NCBI RefSeq assembly: GCF_006345805.1
Contig: NC_043004.1
Location: forward strand, 39,494,001 to 39,558,000
Length of the DNA: 64,000 nt
Direction: 5' to 3'
From: Octopus sinensis
Lineage: Eukaryota
Shown here: piece after piece, positions 1 through 12,490 of the stretch
Numbering within the stretch: the stretch's first letter is position 1
Layout of the letters: each line of letters opens with the position of its first letter
Program-made: the position numbers and the translations under genes
The notes under the pieces: model-generated
Told to the model about the DNA's origin: nothing
Databases searched by the model: none
Seen by the model: the letters and a program-made list of their open reading frames with translations, nothing else

Positions 1-161
1 CTAACCGAAGTCTATACCAACGATTATTATATACAGCTTATTGTTAACAGAATCATTACAACAGCAACCAGCAAGCAGAATCATTGTGTTACGGTTGACA
101 TCAGGTGATTCTAGATTACAAAAGTATATATTTAGTTATGTTTTATTGAACATCGCGTTTG

Positions 162-200
<39 letters not shown>

Positions 201-269
201 ATTTTCCTTTTGTCTTTTGTCTTCGCATATTTATGTCTTTTAGTTTCGTGAGATATACATACATTATAT

Positions 270-306
<37 letters not shown>

Positions 307-659
307 TGTCTGTGTGTGTGTGCATAAATATATTGTATGTTTATGTAGATATTTCTCTGAAGTTATGTACGACTACAAAGGGGGAAACGTTCGATTTATT
401 CATATAAATTATTTTGTATTGGTGTACACACACACACACAACACACACTCACATATCTCACACCCACATCACACGCATGTGCACAAACATACGTACATAC
501 ATACACACATACAGCAACAGAGAAACGGAGAGGCTGATAGATGGATAGATAGATAGATAGATAGACAGACAGATAGATATTTTCATATATACATAGATTT
601 ATATTATAGTTTGTCATATTCAATATTATTCTTTTATAACTTGCCATAATATATATATA

Positions 660-819
660 TTAAGCAATTATTAGTGGGTGTGTGTGTGTGTGCAGGCGTG
701 TTTGTATCAGTATGTGTCTGACTAACAATATTTGTATGTATGTATATATGTATGTTTATATGAACATGTACCTATACATACATATATATGCATATACACA
801 CATATATATGTACATTATG

Positions 820-850
<31 letters not shown>

Positions 851-1055
851 ATGTACATATATATGTGTGTATATGCATATATATGTATGTATATGTTTAT
901 ATGAACATGTACCTATACATATACATACATAATGTACATATATATGTGTATATGCATATATATGTATGTATATGTATAGGTACATGTTCATATAAACATA
1001 CATATATACATACATACAAATATTGTTAGTCTGACACATACTGATACAAACACGC

Positions 1056-1093
<38 letters not shown>

Positions 1094-1137
1094 ACACACA
1101 AACACACACACACATACACCCACTAATAATTGCTTAA
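660..1137. repeat. Fold-back inverted duplication centred on a (TA)n tract
   Basis: TTAAGCAATTATTAGTGGGTG...GCAGGCGTGTTTGTATCAGTATGTGTC at 660 is the reverse complement of GACACATACTGATACAAACACGCCTGC...CACCCACTAATAATTGCTTAA ending at 1137. The arms are nearly identical, with an internal partial duplication. Confidence 0.9.
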
Positions 1138-1569
1138 TTTGCTTTATATATTTACATTGTATTATTTCATTGTCCTTCAAATACAATTAATACAATAATT
1201 AGAAATTATTAATTGTTGATTGACTTTCCAACAAATATGAATCTGAAACTTTTCATAACGATTTTATGATATGAATTCCGAACGAACAGGAATGAGACGG
1301 CCAAAGATAAACAGAATAATAAAGCCTAACAATTAGCTAGGTATTTCATTATATAAATTATAGCTTTACTTTTCCCTGGTTTTAATCATTAGACTGTAGC
1401 CACGCTTGGGAGCCGTCTTGAAGAGTTTAGTCGAAGACATCAACCCATCTATTTTATTTAAATTCTGGTACTTATTTTATCGGTCTCTTACGACCAACCG
1501 ACACCGATCGTCAAGCGGAGGGAAGGGTATGCACAAACACAAACACAAAGTCACACGCACACACACACA

Positions 1570-1610
<41 letters not shown>

Positions 1611-1726
1611 TATTGTTGTTTTTTTGTCCAAAAGGGTTTGTTCTCCTAATATTTACTTGTCAATAACAGCATATACGTACTATTGTAATAGCTTTATCTA
1701 CTTCGCGTTCTACAGTTAAAAACGAT

Positions 1727-1787
<61 letters not shown>

Positions 1788-1790
<3 letters not shown>

Positions 1791-1982
1791 AAGTTAATCC
1801 AAACATGAAAACACAACAACGCGAGGACGTGGAACAAATATAGTATTATTGGACGCTCAGGAAAGAAGGACAGAAGGAGGGTTTAATGTTTCGAGCGGAG
1901 CTCTTGATCAGAAACATAGGAAAAGGAAAGATCCAAAGAAGAGAAGACGGAGGGAAAAAATCGTCAACGGTGTACACGCGGT

Positions 1983-1986
<4 letters not shown>
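1788..1986 (-). mobile_element. About 200-bp non-coding PLE-terminal-type mini-element (copy 1 of 3) between microsatellites
   Basis: Shares sequence and both boundaries (AGTTAA.CCAAAC ... CACGCGGTCACA) with 7098-7302; a partial copy lies at 43515-43630. It carries a hammerhead-like motif. Confidence 0.8.
1881..1915 (-). ncRNA. Minimal type I hammerhead ribozyme-like motif (decayed)
   Basis: Minus strand reads GTTT-CTGATCA-A-GAGC-TCC-GCTC-GAAAC-ATT-AAAC: stem I GTTT/AAAC, 4-bp stem II, core with G8C change. Confidence 0.65.
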
Positions 1987-2018
<32 letters not shown>

Positions 2019-2059
2019 CCAACAAATCTTAGGGTCTGATGGTACGTCATAAATGTACT

Positions 2060-2125
<66 letters not shown>

Positions 2126-2136
2126 AACCATCGTAG

Positions 2137-2551
2137 AATTGATAGCTGGAACTGCAAATCCGGGACAGACTACCCACTGCAAGCCCAGTGCAGAAGATTC
2201 AACGTCGTATACCAAAGCACCGTTTACATCATAGTAAATAACTCCTATAGCTACTACATTGGATCTACTACATATTTTAAACAAAGATATTATGCACATT
2301 TAAACTCGTTTAAATATAAAGAGAATAGCAATTCCACATCTCAAGCCAGCCACGTACACCATCTAATTAATAGAAAAATACAATATAGACTTTTCTGCGC
2401 TATAATAGACTCTGGTATCCCGTATCAGGGCCAGTACTCCATTTGTAGACTCAGCTTAAAAGAAGCCCTCAAATTTTTAACCCATAGCTCACCACAATTG
2501 CTTAATAAACGCAACGAAGCTTTCACTACGTGTCAATACAAATTCTTCTGA
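2137..2551 (+). pseudogene. GIY-YIG endonuclease C-terminal remnant of a Penelope-like retroelement
   Basis: Translation NCKSGTDYPLQAQCRRFNVVYQ...YIGSTTYFKQRYYAHLNSF...CRLSLKEA...LLNKRNE matches the PLE GIY-YIG pattern (VVY..YIG..R..H..E..LLNKR.E). The copy is 5' truncated at a (CT)n tract. Confidence 0.8.
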
Positions 2552-3821
2552 ACTTTTAAATTCTTTCATAAATCTAAATGTAAGTCCCCCTCACGAGTAA
2601 CACCCATGTACAAACCTCCATGACCAGTAACACATACCGTTCTATATCCCTACAATCAACCTTACCTCATCACTTTATAAGATAAATATTAATTCTTTAA
2701 TTTATTTTCAAACCTTAACCTAATATGTTTCCTAATATTTAATTCTAACTCAAACTCCTAAATAATTTAACGTTCAACTAGTTTCTCCATTCACGACTAC
2801 ATGCACATCCGTAACCCCATTGCTAAGAGTAACTCTACAGCCACTGACCTTAGCCAGAACGGACACAAGTATTTACTACAAGATTTCCTCCCCAAACCCT
2901 GTTGACAAGAAGAATACCTATTTCTTTAATACCCACAAGGGGCTAAACACAGAGGAGACAAACAAGGACAGACATAGGTATTAAGTCGATTACATCGACC
3001 CCAGTGCGTAACTGGTACTTAATTTATCGACCCCGAAAGGATGAAAGGCAAAGTCGACCTCGGCGGAATTTGAACTCACAACGTAACGACAGACGAAATA
3101 CCGCTAAGCATTTCGCCCGGTGTGCTAACGTTTCTGCCAGCTCGCCGCCTTGACAAGAAGAATACCACTGGCAACTACTACTCTCTTTAAATTCCTTTCG
3201 TGTTGCACTATTGTGGTTATTTTTTACCTTATCTTCTTCCCCCTCCTCATCACTCTTATCTTCTTGGCTATCTTTGTACACTATATACTTAGACACTATA
3301 TACCTTAATTTATCCTTAAAGCCAATACTTAACTTCCCCCTCAATTTATCTACTTCTCTTTCTATTTATTTACTTAATAGCCACCTCGGCTACCATTCTG
3401 TTATTGGACGTTGATACGTTCGCGTCTTATTTTTCTGGATGTTTACAATATCAAGACTTTAACCCACATGGATTTACGCAGGATTGCACCTAAGGACTTA
3501 TTTCTACACGATTGGTAAGTTGTACTGTGAACTTTTATGCTCCTTTTTACTTCTCTTTCTTCATTTCCTTATTTCTTTATTCCTGTTCTTGTTTTCGAAT
3601 ACATTCGCTTTCTTTCTTCCAAAGAATCTGGTGCTCTTAGCTTAGATTTTCTTGGGACCGGCCAGATTAAAGCAGTCTCGGGTGTAACCGGCAGAAACTG
3701 CATGGATGATCTGCAGTTCGACTGACGATAGAAGGCTAAGATTGACTCATCATTGTTTTTCCTGTCCGGCTAAGTGTCCGGATGTTTTGTTACGTTCTTG
3801 TTCCAAATTTTTAGTCTTGTT

Positions 3822-3822
<1 letters not shown>
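2552..3822 (+). mobile_element. Probable 3' UTR/pseudo-LTR of the PLE at 2137, interrupted by a SINE
   Basis: Non-coding sequence continuous with the GIY-YIG stop codon, ending at a (TA)n/(TATG)n tract. The extent is inferred. Confidence 0.4.
2919..3149 (-). mobile_element. tRNA-derived SINE family A, full length, 17-bp TSD
   Basis: GGCGGCGAGCTGGCAGAAACG head, GAGTTCAAATTCC B-box and CTTTCATCCTTTCGGGGTCGATAAATTAAGTACCAG core. TSD TTGACAAGAAGAATACC at 2902-2918 and 3150-3166. Confidence 0.93.
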
Positions 3823-3869
<47 letters not shown>

Positions 3870-3941
3870 TGTATGTATGTATGTATTATTACCGTTATTT
3901 ATAGTAATAATAAGGTAGCTAGCAAGTTTCCACCTTTACAG

Positions 3942-3953
3942 GCACAATACAAG
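3942..3953 (+). CDS. Candidate 12-nt microexon
   Basis: GTTTCCACCTTTACAG|GCACAATACAAG|GTAAGT: consensus acceptor and perfect donor, frame-preserving length, no stop codon in any frame. Confidence 0.35.
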
Positions 3954-4379
3954 GTAAGTTAAGATTCAATAGGTTATATAATACCACTTGCTAAAATCAG
4001 AGCAAATTCTCCGACTACCACCATAAAATTCATGATATACACACGAGCAATGCGTTGAATACATTAGTAAGTACATTTCAATACCAATTGATTTCACGCT
4101 TTGCATGACAAACATACTCTGCGGTCTTCATTTGAAAATAACATTTTAACATCTATTTCTAAAATATTCACTACATTAGCTCGCGTGCGTTCCTTACTTT
4201 AAATACACATTACTTACGGATGTATTCAACGCAAAGGTAAGCCTATTTCTCATATGTTCATTGCATTGCTCGTGTGTGTCTTTATCTTGAGTTTTATGGT
4301 GGTCTCTGATTTTAGCAAGTCGTATTATATACCCTATTGAATCTTAATTTATATATATATGTATGTATATATATATAGA

Positions 4380-4410
<31 letters not shown>

Positions 4411-4434
4411 ATACATATATATGTGTGTGTGTGC

Positions 4435-4468
<34 letters not shown>

Positions 4469-4469
<1 letters not shown>

Positions 4470-4769
4470 GGCGCAATGGCCCAGTGGTTAGAGCAGCGGA
4501 CTCGCGGTTGTAGGATCGCGGTTTCAATTCCCAGACCAGGCGCTGTGAGTGTTTATTGAGCGAAAACACCTATAGTTCCACGCGGCTCCGGCAGCAGGTG
4601 GTGGCGATCCCCACTGTACCCTTTTGCCACAACTTTCTCTCACTCTTTCTTCTCTTGGCCTGCCCGCTTAGCCAGCGGGGTGGCGTCATTTGAAGGCTAA
4701 AACAATGCAAAGCGCATTGTGACCAGCGATGTGTAGCAACATCTCATAGTCTGGTCAGTCACGGTCACG
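4469..4769 (+). mobile_element. tRNA-derived SINE family C (head C plus tail i)
   Basis: GGCGCAATGGCCCAGTGGTTAG A-box and GGTTTCAATTCC B-box. The body is shared with 25193 and 50479, and the tail with 53168. Confidence 0.85.
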
Positions 4770-6527
4770 AGAGAGAAGACATTTGTCCAAAGTATCGCAC
4801 ACTAGGACTGTACCTGAAACCAAGTTGCTGCAAAGTGAGTTTCTTAACCAGGAAATTGTTTTTAAAAAATCTGCTTGTTTTTTGTTGAGTTGTCTTCCCT
4901 TAATGTAGTTCACATTTATAGATAGTGTACGCAAGCGTGAATGGTAGGATGTGCTCCTGTGACAGTGACTAGTAGGTGCATGCGCGCGTATGTGTGTTTG
5001 CTTGATTGACACTAATATATAAATAATATTGATGTGACAGCAGTGAACCCCAACACGTCTGTCTTTCCGCAGCGACGTCACCTTTCGTCGAAGACAAGTA
5101 GCAAGAGCGAAAGCGACAAATAGACATAATACATATATTCACGCATGCACATACACGCTTACACATTCACACAAATACACAGACAGACAGACGGACGGAA
5201 AGAAAGACAGACAGACAGACAGATTATCTTGGTATATTTTGGCTCTGGTTGTTAATATCCAAAGAACGTGTTAAAATACCAATTTCACAGATGTAATGAA
5301 ACATTTGTGAAACGTGCAGTGTAGCTGCTCCTAACAGCAGTAAGTTGTTCTCACCTTGCTGTAAACCTGTTTACGGTTTAGGCAAAGTGGGATGTCGACA
5401 GGGTACAAATTACAGACGTTTGCAGTGTTCTGTGTCCACTTGGCTATTTGTAAATAATAAGTCTCAATCACTTGGATGTTTGCTGATATATTCAATTTCC
5501 CTGTGAGGTTCTGAAGCTCCGCTGTTGAATTCCTTTACAATAATACTTAGCAGATGAGTAATTAATCATCCTTTGTATAGACGACGGCCAATGTATCGCA
5601 GGTAATGGTAACACTCGCAGAATATCTGAAGCTTATTCCCGAGAGGAAATTGAGGTGAAGCTATGCAGAAATAATTGTTCTCGCTTCTATAGAAGATTTT
5701 GAACGTAGAACCTGTTTTCTAGTAGTTCTTACATGCTATATGCTTCAGGTCATTTCACTACAAAATTTAAGCCCACTTATCTGAGAAAGGACACCCTAAC
5801 GATACCCTTCAACAACTATAAATATTTGTACAAACATTTTTTTATTTTCTTTTTTGAAGAGATACATGCACGATCGATCAGATAATATTTCGTCGCGAAT
5901 GAATGAAGTTATATATCGACAGCGCACGAGTTACATTTGTTCTCATCAGTTGGGGCGGGCCATATGGGAGATCTAAAATGTTGTCATTGATGGCAGAACT
6001 GCAATTGCGTAAACGAAAGCGCATGAGTCAGACGTATGATCATCTTCAAAGGAAAATATACACCACGACGATTTTTAAATGTTTCCCTTGGATTTGAATC
6101 AATAGACCATGGATTCTCTGGCGTATGGGAAACACCTAAAAGGAACTTTCTCCGACGACACCAATTTGATAATACTATCTCGAATTTCTGGTTAAATGAT
6201 ATCGCTTGCTATTTTGATATCCGAAACTTTCAGTTACGCGTAGCTTACAGTATTAAGTTCCATTGACAATGTGTTGGTTTGACGTCAATATTCCATCTTG
6301 CTTTAGCACGATCCTAGCTAAATGAACTGGAACAGTTCCTACATATTTTCCTATAAGTCTTTACATATATTCTTTCGTTAAAAAGTCTGATCTCTCAAAC
6401 TCTTTCAAATTATATCTGCTGCTGTTGATATTTCTATCTATCTATTTTCTTTCTCACTGTATATCCATATATCTATCACGACGTACGATAATATAACTTT
6501 TGCTCTTTCTCTTTCTCTCTTTCCTTT

Positions 6528-6580
<53 letters not shown>

Positions 6581-6876
6581 CCTCTTCTATATGTCTCTAT
6601 CTCTCTTTACCTCACTCTTTCTGAACCACATTATCAATTCTAATATACTCCAAGATCCGGGTTTGTCAACAACACTCACCTTTCTTCTATATCAATGAAC
6701 TCTATACCGCTATCTTCTTTACTCTCTGACCTACCTTACCCAAGTGTCCTTTACGTGCAATCTGTACACGCCATTCCTAACCTACACTCCATCCCAAAAC
6801 AGAGAACGTGCTTGAACGGCGTCATACTGGTCTTGTGCCCTTCAGCAGTACAAGTACACAACCACTACACACATAT

Positions 6877-6927
<51 letters not shown>

Positions 6928-7059
6928 TACATACACACACGCAACACACAAACACATACACACACACAGATGTGGGTGTGTAGTAAGAAATTTTGTTTCA
7001 TCCTCATGACCAGAAACTTGCGAGTGGATTTGATAGACGGAAACTGAAAGAAGCCCGTC

Positions 7060-7097
<38 letters not shown>

Positions 7098-7102
<5 letters not shown>

Positions 7103-7302
7103 ACCCAAACAAGAAAGCACAAAAAATCACAACAACGCGAGGACGTGGAACAAATATAGTATTATTGGACGCTCAGGAAAGAAGGAAAGAAGGAGGGTTT
7201 AACGTTTCGAGTGGAGCTCTTCGTCGGAAACATAGGAGAAGGAAAGATCCAGAGAAGGGAAGACAGAGGAAAAAAATCGCCAACGGTACACACGCGGTCA
7301 CA
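7098..7302 (-). mobile_element. About 200-bp non-coding PLE-terminal-type mini-element (copy 2)
   Basis: Clear homologue of 1788-1986 with the same ends, flanked by (TA)n on both sides and lying in the microsatellite of a SINE-B fragment (6970-7060). Confidence 0.8.
7197..7231 (-). ncRNA. Minimal type I hammerhead ribozyme-like motif
   Basis: Minus strand reads GTTT-CCGACGA-A-GAG-CTCCA-CTC-GAAACGTT-AAAC, with palindromic AACGTT stem III and a U4C change. Confidence 0.7.
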
Positions 7303-7964
7303 TTATATATATATATATTTAATTGAGCTACTTGGCTGCAGTGAAAGCAATCAATCTAGAAGAAACACTTCAAAATTAGTACCTTCATGTAACATACCTT
7401 GAGAAAGAGTATGTCTAATGAAATTAACATTAGACATGTCCAATAGCAGAGATTCATACAATGGAGGTAACTATCTCATGTCAATGCGCATTCTACCACT
7501 GACGGAGATAGCAGAAAATTATGATGTAGTGTTCGAGGTTATTTGATGAGTACTGGGCATAACTTTAAACTGCATCTGGTATTGGGGCCTTGTTTCGGGA
7601 CTTCCAAGGCTTTCAGTTGCATGGGACCGACTCTTAACCACTACTGTTCCCAGGTTTACTCCTACCTGGAGCATTAATACCCGTAAGGGTCCCAGCAATG
7701 GGTTAAATAGCACGTATCTACCAAACTATACCAGAGCCAAGTTACTTTGAAATCAGTTGGACACATCATGGAGGATGTGAACTATTCCGGAAGTTGAATT
7801 TTATTGCATCAATGGCGAATGTCACTTATTACTGAGTGGATAAAAAGTCAACAAACTGTCGACAGTTAGGATCAACCAGCGCAGTTAGGAACCTTCTGCT
7901 ATCATCTGTAGTCGTGATGTGCACAGATAAGATATTTCAGCTAGCGAAATACTGATGTGACTCA

Positions 7965-8098
7965 AACCGTAGCCAGACGTTCATGCAGTATTGCTTGATC
8001 GGGACGTCTGGCGTGAAGGAGTTGCACTGATCCGGACAAATCGACTGATCGGACGATGTTGTTGTTGTTGATGATGATGATGATGATGATGATGATGA
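7965..8098 (+). mobile_element. RTE-clade LINE extreme 3' end with (GAT)n tail
   Basis: Reads ...AVLLDRDVWREGVALIRTNRLIG, resembling the RTE C-terminal DR..WR motif, followed by a (GTT)n/(GAT)n tail. Confidence 0.55.
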
Positions 8099-8454
8099 GA
8101 TATGTGTCTAGGTGTGTGGGGGCAGTTTTTAGAGTTGCGATAATGATTGTGAGGTTTGGTGTGTTTCGCAGCAGCAATGAACTGTGCACCTAGTGTGTCT
8201 AAGTGATCTTTAATTTTTGCTAGTTTTGTTTCATCGCGTACATGGTCTCAGGTGCGGTCTTAAATGTGATCTATGAAGAACAGGCTATGAGATGTAACGT
8301 GTTGCGTCGTGTACTTCGAAATATGTTGTTAGTTATAGTGAAATGGATGTAGGCCAAGGTTCAGTTGGCGTGGTCTATGTAGGATCTGAGGTATTGTTTG
8401 CACACTATTGTTTTTCATCATGTTGGCCAAATATGACACATCTCTTTGTTTTTC

Positions 8455-9735
<1,281 letters not shown>

Positions 9736-10060
9736 ACAACTGTGATTCATTTAATTATGTTCGCACGTCCTTTTTCCTGTATGTACAACATCTCTTGTGT
9801 TCTGAACGTTATATGACTCCTCATAACATATATGTGTTATATGTGACCCCTCGTATTACTGCTTTCTCTGAGTGAGATGAAGTTATGATGCTGATTATGA
9901 TGTTGGTTAAATTTGATGTGTTCTGCTTGATATGGTGCATTTGACTGTTTCTAATAACTCTGTTGTTTGTGGGTTCAGGTTTTGTGGGGATTTACTCAGT
10001 ATTGGAAAAACTGCAGTTGTGACCGGAGAATGGTATTGAGATATAAATGGGAGATATTTC

Positions 10061-10462
10061 GGATGTTTTCGGTTTGAACGGCAGTTTTTTCTAGCGGTGT
10101 CGTATGAAATTGTCACCCACAATTATGACCCTAGTATCGATCTATTGCATTTCAATCTATTTTAGGGCTAGGGTTAGGGTATCTTTTTTCTTCACAAATG
10201 TAAATAAACCCAATCTGTTTCTTATATAGGGACATATTCATATGGCACAGAATGTTTTTTTACCTCAATAGGCGTCAGTGATTGGTTGAAATTGCAGAAA
10301 TTGAAGGAAAAAAACAACAAATATCTTACAAACTATAGAATTTTCTCAATAAAGCCAAGAGAAAAAGATGTTTTATAAACACATTCTGCCAGTATACGAA
10401 GTTTAAATTTTTTTAGTTACCTTGAATTATGTTAAAAACTGCCGTTCAAACCGAAAAGATCC
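10061..10462. mobile_element. Non-autonomous DNA transposon (MITE) with GG-starting TIRs and 8-bp TSD, Merlin-like
   Basis: TIR GGAT(G/C)TTTTCGGTTTGAACGGCAGTTTTT at both ends. TSD GATATTTC at 10053-10060 and 10463-10470. A second copy lies at 58324. Confidence 0.9.
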
Positions 10463-11784
10463 GATATTTCAATATGAGACTGTATGCATGTTTTGTTTAT
10501 ATTTGAAAAGGATATACAGGTGCAAGCTGGAAAGCGTGAGTGGTAACGTTACTCAGCTGAGGAATTGCATGTGTTCTAGACGTGTTATTCTTGTATGCTA
10601 CATAAACATGGTGACCTGATAAGTAGTCTGCTAACCACCATTTTGCTTTGTTTGTAAAGCTGGGGTTGAGCGGTTTTCATATAAATGCTGGCGGGATTGA
10701 AGTCGGAAGCTTTTTCTGATGTCGATGCTCGTTAGAACAGCACGTGTGAAGGATTCTGTGTATGTTAGCGATATCATGGATTAATCTTTCTAATTTTTTT
10801 TTTTTTTTTTGAAGGAGTCCACATGAAAATGTGGTGTCTGTATGATGTTATTCCAATTGGACTTCTGCTGGGCCTTAGAATTTATATGATTTTGTTTAGT
10901 TAGCAGATTTGGAAACTTTGACAGCGTTACTACAAGCAAGCGTTAATATTACAGGGGTACTTCTTTGTGCTTTTATCTGGTTCAATGATTTACCCATTTA
11001 AGTGTCTGAAAATAAAGGAAGGGAAAAAAGCTCTGTGATTTATGCGGAATGTGAAAAGGGATTTATTATTAGAACTATATTTGCTTGTTTGTTTTTCGTT
11101 TTGTTTTTGCTTTGGTTTTTAACTGTTATTGTTTCTGTTTTGTTTTGCTTTTTGGGGGGTTTTTTTGGAGGTGGGGTTCTAAAATGTAGGGTTTCAGGTA
11201 ACTAATTTTCTAGAAACGCCTGGCAAGAGTATTTGCACGGTGTTATTATTGCGTGGGATATGTTATTTGAGGTTGTAATTAGGACAAGGGGTGGGATGAG
11301 ATCGTCGCCATCGTTAACGCCAACATCGTTGTCGTCGTTATTGTTAATGATGATGATACTGATGATAATGACGATGATGAGGACGAGGAGGAGCGGTTGG
11401 AGAAGGCGCGAATGATGATGATGACGATGATGATTGCTCAGTTTTTATGTTTTACTGTTTTGTGGTTTAAGCTAAAACCAATTCCGTTCCAATTTTAGTA
11501 GTTTAATTAGGCGTTCTTTTATTTTCTTTTTTAAATACAATTTTTTGCCAGTTTTCTATTTCATTCCAGTTTATCTTCATTTTCTTATTATTTTGTTATT
11601 ATTGTGTTTTATTTCATTTGTTTATATTCGAGATTCTCTCGGCTACGAAGGTGTTGGTGTATTGTGTTCAGTTATTTGTGGTGTGTGCTAATAAGGGTGC
11701 ATTTCTATGTTGCCTTCCGCGATACTTTATTCATACACACATACATACATACACACACACACATACATACATACATACATACAT

Positions 11785-11819
<35 letters not shown>

Positions 11820-11963
11820 TACATACATACATACATACATACATACATACACACACACACATACATACATGTATACATACATACACACACACACATACAT
11901 ACATATATACATACATACATACACACACACACGTACATACATATATACATACATATATACATA

Positions 11964-12124
11964 CAGCAGGAGTGGCTGTGTGGTAAGTAGCTTGCTAACC
12001 AACCACATGGTTCCGGGTTCAGTCCCACTGCGTGGCATCTTGGGCAAGTGTCTTCTGCTATAGCTTCGGGCCGACCAAAGCCTTGTGAGTGGATTTGGTA
12101 GACGGAAACTGAAAGAAGCCTGTC

Positions 12125-12202
<78 letters not shown>

Positions 12203-12426
12203 GTATGTGTGTGTATATCTTTGTGTGTCTGTGTTTGTCCCTCTAGCATTGCTTGACAATCGATGCTGGTGTGTTTACATCCCCGTCATCTAGCGGTTCG
12301 GCAAAAGAGACCGATAGAATAAGTACTCGGCTTACAAAGAATAAATTCCGGGGTCGATTTGTTCGACTAACGGCGGTGCTCCAGCATGGCCTCAGTCAAA
12401 TGACTGAATCAAGTAAAAGAGTAAAG
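11964..12426 (+). mobile_element. SINE family B, full length
   Basis: GCAGGAGTGGCTGTGTGGTAAG head, GGGTTCAGTCCC B-box, CORE-like CTTGGGCAAGTGTCTT, internal (TA)n, tail CCAGCATGGCC.CAGTCAAATGACTGAA.CAAGTAAAAGAG. Confidence 0.92.
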
Positions 12427-12490
12427 ACATACATACATACATTCATATGTATATACGTATAGAGTGTTTGAAGTGGTGTACAGATATTGT

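Noticed and set aside
3715-3755. CTGACGA-TAG-AAGG-CTA in the PLE 3' region
   Set aside because: It lacks GAAA and a stem I; at most a heavily decayed relic.
4469-4545. tRNA-like sequences at SINE heads (also 11964, 21051, 30205, 39715, 58940)
   Set aside because: They have A and B boxes but no complete cloverleaf, and they continue into SINE bodies, so they are not tRNA genes.
5330-5520. About 60 open codons on the minus strand (TAELQNLTGKLNISANIQ...)
   Set aside because: There is no convincing motif or splice context; the vague DIRS-like similarity is too weak.
5880-5955. Minus-strand CTGATGA...GAAATATTATC
   Set aside because: Stems I and II do not pair; consistent with chance.
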